A DNA stretch of 64,000 bases from NCBI RefSeq assembly GCF_009914755.1, contig NC_060934.1; one strand, written 5' to 3'. A model generated the notes under the pieces. It was given only the letters and a program-made list of their open reading frames with translations. It made no database searches and was not told where the DNA came from. Source of the DNA: the human T2T-CHM13v2.0 reference genome, Homo sapiens. Within the stretch, counting starts at the first letter, position 1, and the number at the start of each line of letters is the position of its first letter. The position numbers and the translations under genes are program-made. Positions 58,350 to 64,000 of the stretch are shown piece after piece.

Positions 58350-58859
58350 TCTAGTCAGATCCAGGCATGCCACAGAAATAGGGTACATTGCAGACTTCAT
58401 CCTCCAACTTCTTGTTGGGATTTGCCACCATGTACCCCACATAAGGAACATTCAATCCAGTATACCCAGTTCTGTTATATCTTGCTATGGAATGCAAACA
58501 AGATTTTATTCATGAAAGTGTTTGGGTATCGATGTTCAGCACAGCCTGCCTTGGCTTGCCCACTGTTGTTATTTGAAACTCTGCCAGTACTTTAACCCTC
58601 CAGTCCTAGTGAAGGTGTTCAGAGATGCTGCCAGATGGGCATTAACCATCTAATTAATCATTAACCATTAGATGGTTGTGTGGGAGGTGCCAGCTGGCTT
58701 TGGGCTGGAAGACCTTTGATCTCTTTTTGCCATTTGAAGCAATGCATCGCATCTTCTCTAACACCAGGATGGTTCCCTGGGTTTGTTCATCTGGCCATTA
58801 TGTGTGTCCAGATGTGAAATTTGGAGAAAAGCTTGCCAAAGTGTTTTTACTATCTTTAT

Positions 58860-59080
58860 AGTGGCAGCATTTTGTAACGTGTGGGGAAAGCAGTATTAAA
58901 TTGACTTTCTTTAATTCTGTGTATGATGGAGCAGAGATGAAGACACCTCAGTCTTTGATGATGTCCTGTAACTCCTGACTTGATCTATATGGAAGCCATC
59001 TCTACCTCTGTACTGATACAAATACACAAGACAGTACCTCAAATAACTAGAGTGGCTTTGAGTTAAATTTTTTCTTACAT
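58860..59080 (+). mobile_element. Possible ancient MaLR/ERVL LTR 3' fragment
   Basis: GAGCAGAGATG...GTCTTTGATGATG...GAAGCCATCTCTACCTCT...TTTGAGTT; weak. Confidence 0.35.
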
Positions 59081-59467
59081 ACTACCAAATGCATGGACAA
59101 TGGCATGTATGTATTTGTAAAGCTTGTACTTTTGTGGATTTCCAGTAGATGACAGAGTGAGTTCCCATAACCCTCCCTGTCCCTTGTGAAAACATCTAGC
59201 AAGTAAGATAAAAGATAAAAAATGGTTAACAGCTGTTAAACATCTCCATGAACAAGAAGCAGACAGTGGACTTTCTATCTGCTTATGGATAAACATAATG
59301 GAAAATGAATAAATCTCCATGGGCTAGAAGCACCAGCTTTCAAATGGGTTCTGAAGCCGAAGGCCTACTGGAGTTTGGGAATGGAAACAGAAGGTGACAG
59401 CAAGGATATTACCCTTATAGGAAATAAACATAAAAGTGTAGGAGATGAATAAAAAATAGCACATGTA

Positions 59468-59783
59468 GGCCGGGTGCGGTGGCCCATGCCTGTAATCCCA
59501 GCATTTTGGGAGGCCGAGGCAGGCGGATCACGAGGTCAGGAGATCGAGACCATCCTGGCTAACACGGTGAAACGCCGTCTCTACTAAAAAAAAAAAACAC
59601 ACACACACACACAAAAATTAGCCCCGCGGTGGTGGGCGCCTGTAGTCCCAGCTACTCAGGAGGCTGAGGCAGGAGAATGGTGTGAACCCGGGAGGCGGAG
59701 CTTGCAGTGAGGCGAGATCACGCCAGTGCAGTCCCGCCTGGGCGAAAGAGCGAGACACCGTCTCAAAAAAAAAAAAAAAAAAA
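59468..59783 (+). mobile_element. AluY with (CA)n in the middle linker
   Basis: AluY diagnostics, high CpG retention, long poly-A, TSD AGCACATGTA at 59458-59467 and 59784-59793. Confidence 0.95.
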
Positions 59784-60489
59784 AGCACATGTATGACATT
59801 GGAGTGGAGCCAGAGACCATATGAAATGGGGGTGGGGTGAGGAATGGGGTCTGCGCCCCAAGAATGATTGAAGGCTGAAAGAATCTTCAGATGCATTCAG
59901 AACCTGAAGCCGCTAGAGAACTTTCATCAAGGATGGCTGGATTGAACAGAAGCAGCTGCAAACCAGGAAAAAGACCAAGCCTAGTGCTGCCTCAGGCCAC
60001 AGATCTTTGCTATATCCTGTCTCAGGATTCCTGAGATCACTGCTGGCCTGTATTTAGGCACCTGCAATTCCATGAAATAGGTAGGGGTGAACACAGAAAG
60101 AAGATATTCACATTTTAAAACGTTCACTCAATGTGAATTTGCATATGAAACTTTCAAAGAATATGAAGAAACATAAGCAATATATTTAACAAATTCAACC
60201 AGCCTGAAAATCATCTCCCAAGAAAATGAAAATTTTAAAAATTCTGAAAAATTACTTTTAAAACATCTTCTTTAAGACAGTATATGTTATTCAAATGTTT
60301 AATCTAATATATACAATTCATAGAAAGAATAGAACGTTATGCAACAAAAATGGGTTGATACGAATTACATAAAAATGCATGTATAAAGATTTCAGAGTAT
60401 AGAAATGTGCACAACTCAGGGGAATCCATGAAATCACTTCTATTTTTAATTCAAGTGGTTGTCCTCAAATACGAAGGGATATTCTTATA

Positions 60490-63380
60490 TTTTTAAATTT
60501 TAATTTTGAAAATTTTTAATTTTCGTGGCTACATAGTAGACGTATATATTTATGGGTTACATGAGTTATTTTGATATAGGCATGCAATGTGTAATAATCA
60601 CATCAGGGTAAATGGAGTAGCCAGCACCTCAAGCATTTATCCTTTGTGTTGCAAACAATCCAATTGTATTATTTTAGTTATTTTTAAATGTATAATTAAA
60701 TTACTTTATAGTCATCCTGTTATGTTAGCAAATACTGGGTCTTATTCATTCTTTCTATTTTTCGTAACCATTAACCCTGTCCACTTCCCTCCTAACCCCC
60801 CACTACCCCTCCCAGCCTCTGGTGACGATCCTTCTATTCTCTATCTTCATGAGTTCAATTATTTTAATTTTTAGCTCCCACAAATAAGTGAGAACATATG
60901 AAGTTTGTCTTTCTGTGCCTGGCTTACTTTACTTTACACAATGAACTCCAGTTCCATCTGTGTTGTTGCAAATGACAGTATCTCATTCTTTTTTATAGCT
61001 GAATAATACTTCATTGTGTGTATCTACCACATTTTCTTTATCCATTAATTTGTTGATGGACATGTAGGTTATTTCCAAATCTTGGCTATTGTGAATAGTG
61101 CTGCAATAAACATGGGAGTGCAAATAACTCTTCAATATACTAGTTTCTTTCTTTTGGGCATATACCTAGGAGTGGTATTTCTGGATCATATGGTAGCTCT
61201 ATTTTTAGTATTTTGAGGAACCTCCAAATTGTTTTCCATAGTGGTTTTACTAACTAACTTATATTTCCACCTACAGTGTACATGAGAATTTCCTTTTCTC
61301 CACATCCTCATCAGCATTCGTTATTGCCTGACTCTTGGATAAAAGCCATTTTAATTGGGGTGAGGTGATATCTCATTGTGGTTTTGATTTGCATTTCTCT
61401 AATGATCAGTGATGTTGATCACCTTTTCATATATCTGTTGGCCATTTGTATGTCTTCTTTTGGCCATTTGTATGTCTTCAATGTTCTGGAGAGTTTCCCT
61501 AGTACTTTCTTGTAGTAGTTTCATAGCTTTCAGTCTTAGATATAGGTCTTTAATACATTTTGATTTTTGGATATGATGAGATATAGGGGTCTAGTTTCAT
61601 TCTTTTACATATAAATATCCACTTTTCCCAGTGCCATTTATTAAAGAGGCTGTCCTTTCCCCAAGGTGTGTTCTTGGCACCTTTGTCGAAAATGGGTTTA
61701 CTGTAGATGTATGGATTTATCTCTGGGTTCTCTATTCTGTTTCACTCATCTATGTTTCAGTTCTTATGGCAGTACCATGCTGTTTTTGGTTACTGTAGCT
61801 CTGTAATATATTTTGAATTCAGGTCCAGTGACTCTTCCAGTTTTGTTCATTTTTTTCAGTATAGCTTTGGCTATTCTGGGTCATTGGCAGTTCCATATAA
61901 ATTTTAGGATTGTTTTTTTCTATTTCTGTGGAGAATGTCATTGATATTTTGATAGAGATTGCATTACATCTGTAGATTGCTTTAGGTACTATGGACATTT
62001 TAGTAATGTTGATTCTTCAAATCCATGAACATGAGATATCTTTCCATTTTTTTGTGTCTTCTTCAGTTTTTTACATCAATGTTTTATGGTTTTCATTGTA
62101 GATATCTTTTATTTCTTTGGTCAATTCTTAGATATTTTATCTTATTTGCACCTATGGTAAATGGGATTGCTTTCTTGATTTCTTCTTCAGATTGTTTGCC
62201 ATTGGCATGTAGAAATGCTACTGATTTTTGTATGTTGATTTTATATCCTGCAACTTTACTAAACTTGTTTTTCAGTTCTAATAGTTTTTTTGTAGAGTTT
62301 AGGTTTTTCCAAATATAAAATCATATATGCAAGCAAGGATAATTTGACTTCTTTCTTTCCAATTTGGATTCCTTTTATTTCTTTCTCTTGTCTGATTGCT
62401 CTAGCTAGGACTTCCAGTACTATGCTGAGTAACAGTGGTGAAAGTGGGCATACTTGTTGTGTTACCAATCTTAGAGGAAAGGCTTTCAGTTTCTCCCCAT
62501 TTAGTGTGATACTAGCTATAGGTCTGTTGATATGGCTTTTATTATGTTGAAGTATGTTCCTTCTATACACAATTTTTATTAGGGTTTTCATCATGAAAGG
62601 GTGTTGAATTTTATAAAATGCTTTTTCAACATCAATTGAAATGATCACATGATTTTTATGTTTCATTCTGTTGATATGATGTATCAGATTAATTGGTTTG
62701 CCTATATTGACCATTCTTGCATCCCTGGGATAAATCCCACTTGGTCATGTTGAATGATTTTCTTAATATGTTGTTGAATTTGGTTTGCTAGTGTTTTGTT
62801 GAGGACTTTTGCATTGATACTAATCAGTAATATTGGCCTACAGTTTTCTTTTTTTGATGTGCCTCGGCCTCTGTCTAGTTATGGTATGGGGTAATGCCAG
62901 CCTCATAGAATGGGTTTGGAAGTATTCCCTTCTCCTCTATTTTTCAGAATAGTTTGAGTATTATTGGTATTAGTTCTTTAAATGTTTGGCAGAATTCAGC
63001 AATGAAGCCATCAGGTCCTGGGCTCTTCTTTTTTGGGACACTTTTTATTATAGCTTTAATCTCGTTACTTGCTATTAACCTATTCAGGTTTTGGATTTCT
63101 TCATGCATGGTTCAATCTTGGTAGATCGTACGTGTATAGGAATTTATCCATTTCTACTAGATTTCTCAATGTATTGGTCTGTAGTTGCTCATAGTAGCCA
63201 CTAATAATCCTTTGAATTTCTGCAGTATTAATTGTAGTGTCTCCTTTCTTTATCTTTGATTTTATTTGAGCTTTCTCTCTTTTTCTCTTAGTCTTGCAAG
63301 GTTTCATCAATTTAGTTTATCTCTTCAAAAAAAAAACTATTTATTTCATTGATCTTTTGTATTATTTTCTTTATTTCAAA
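60490..63380 (-). mobile_element. L1MA2-like element, 5'-truncated, with internal deletion
   Basis: 3'UTR CATGCAATGTGTAATAATCACATCAGGGTAAATGG; RT remnant ORF at 62259-62714. Confidence 0.9.
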
Positions 63381-63387
63381 TGCTCAG

Positions 63388-63502
63388 AGCTGGACATGGT
63401 AGCTAATGCCAATAATCCCAGTGCTTTCAGAGGCTGAGGTGGGAGTATCACTGGAGGCCAGGAGTTCTAGATCAGGCTGGGCAACATAGCAAGACTCCTA
63501 TC

Positions 63503-63532
<30 letters not shown>
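63388..63532 (+). mobile_element. FLAM/Alu left monomer with (CA)n tail
   Basis: GAGGCTGAGGTGGGAG...GGCCAGGAGTTC...GGGCAACATAGCAAGAC followed by about 14 CA repeats. Confidence 0.8.
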
Positions 63533-63536
<4 letters not shown>

Positions 63537-64000
63537 AGCTAAGTGGCCCATAAGTAATATTTATTTTAAAAACACATTACTGGAATCAAGTTATTCATGT
63601 TTTTATTTATAATACTTGTTTATAAGATGTAAGCTTAGTCTATGACTGTCTTTTATTACCTTCCTTTATCAGTTTTTTTGTATTAGGGTTATATGAAGCT
63701 TCTAGAGTAAAATAGAGTAGAGTAGAATTTTTTAAACCATGTTTTTTTCAGAGATAAGGGAGTTTTTTTTTTATTACTTATTCCACTTCCTTGAATAATT
63801 TCTGGATTACTGAAGATTTTATGCTTTTCTTGAAATATAAAATGTTATTTTTATTAAAAATTTTCTATTTTGTTTGTTTCCAAACTTTTAATTATTCACA
63901 ATATTATGCTATGTTTTTATATCTCACATACATATATCTAGTTAAGTACTTTTAAAATTTGTAATATAAATTATTTTTTACTGATATCTCTTTTTTCACT

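Overview
Primate (human/ape-like) AT-rich non-coding DNA, intronic or intergenic, and dominated by transposons (roughly 40-45% L1 by my estimate). I found no host protein-coding gene, RNA gene or CRISPR array that I can support. Nearly all long ORFs in the track come from L1, Alu or LTR12 sequence. Left to right: a degraded MER4-group ERV internal region and 3' LTR (about 1-6 kb), interrupted by an MST LTR, Alus and an L1; an L1MA 3' half; semi-unique DNA with MIR, L2 and Tigger3a; a complete solo LTR12C (16800-18443, AAGG TSD) inside an MLT1 LTR; a nested L1 cluster (23-36 kb) splitting an MLT1 provirus; a full-length inactive L1PA4/5-type element (39217-45358, 14-bp TSD); an Alu pile-up; MSTB; an ERVL-type solo LTR; MER63; MER20; AluY; and an L1MA2-type element. 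The most notable observations are an L1 antisense ORF0 frame open for 177 codons that runs out of the element into a hydrophobic tail, convergent LTR12C and L1 antisense promoters, two L1s truncated at nearly the same ORF2 position, an ERV-L-like protease relic inside an ERV1-like internal region, and two speculative in-frame microexons. I do not see evidence for a wholly new biological system. Subfamily names come from remembered diagnostic motifs and need RepeatMasker/Dfam confirmation.
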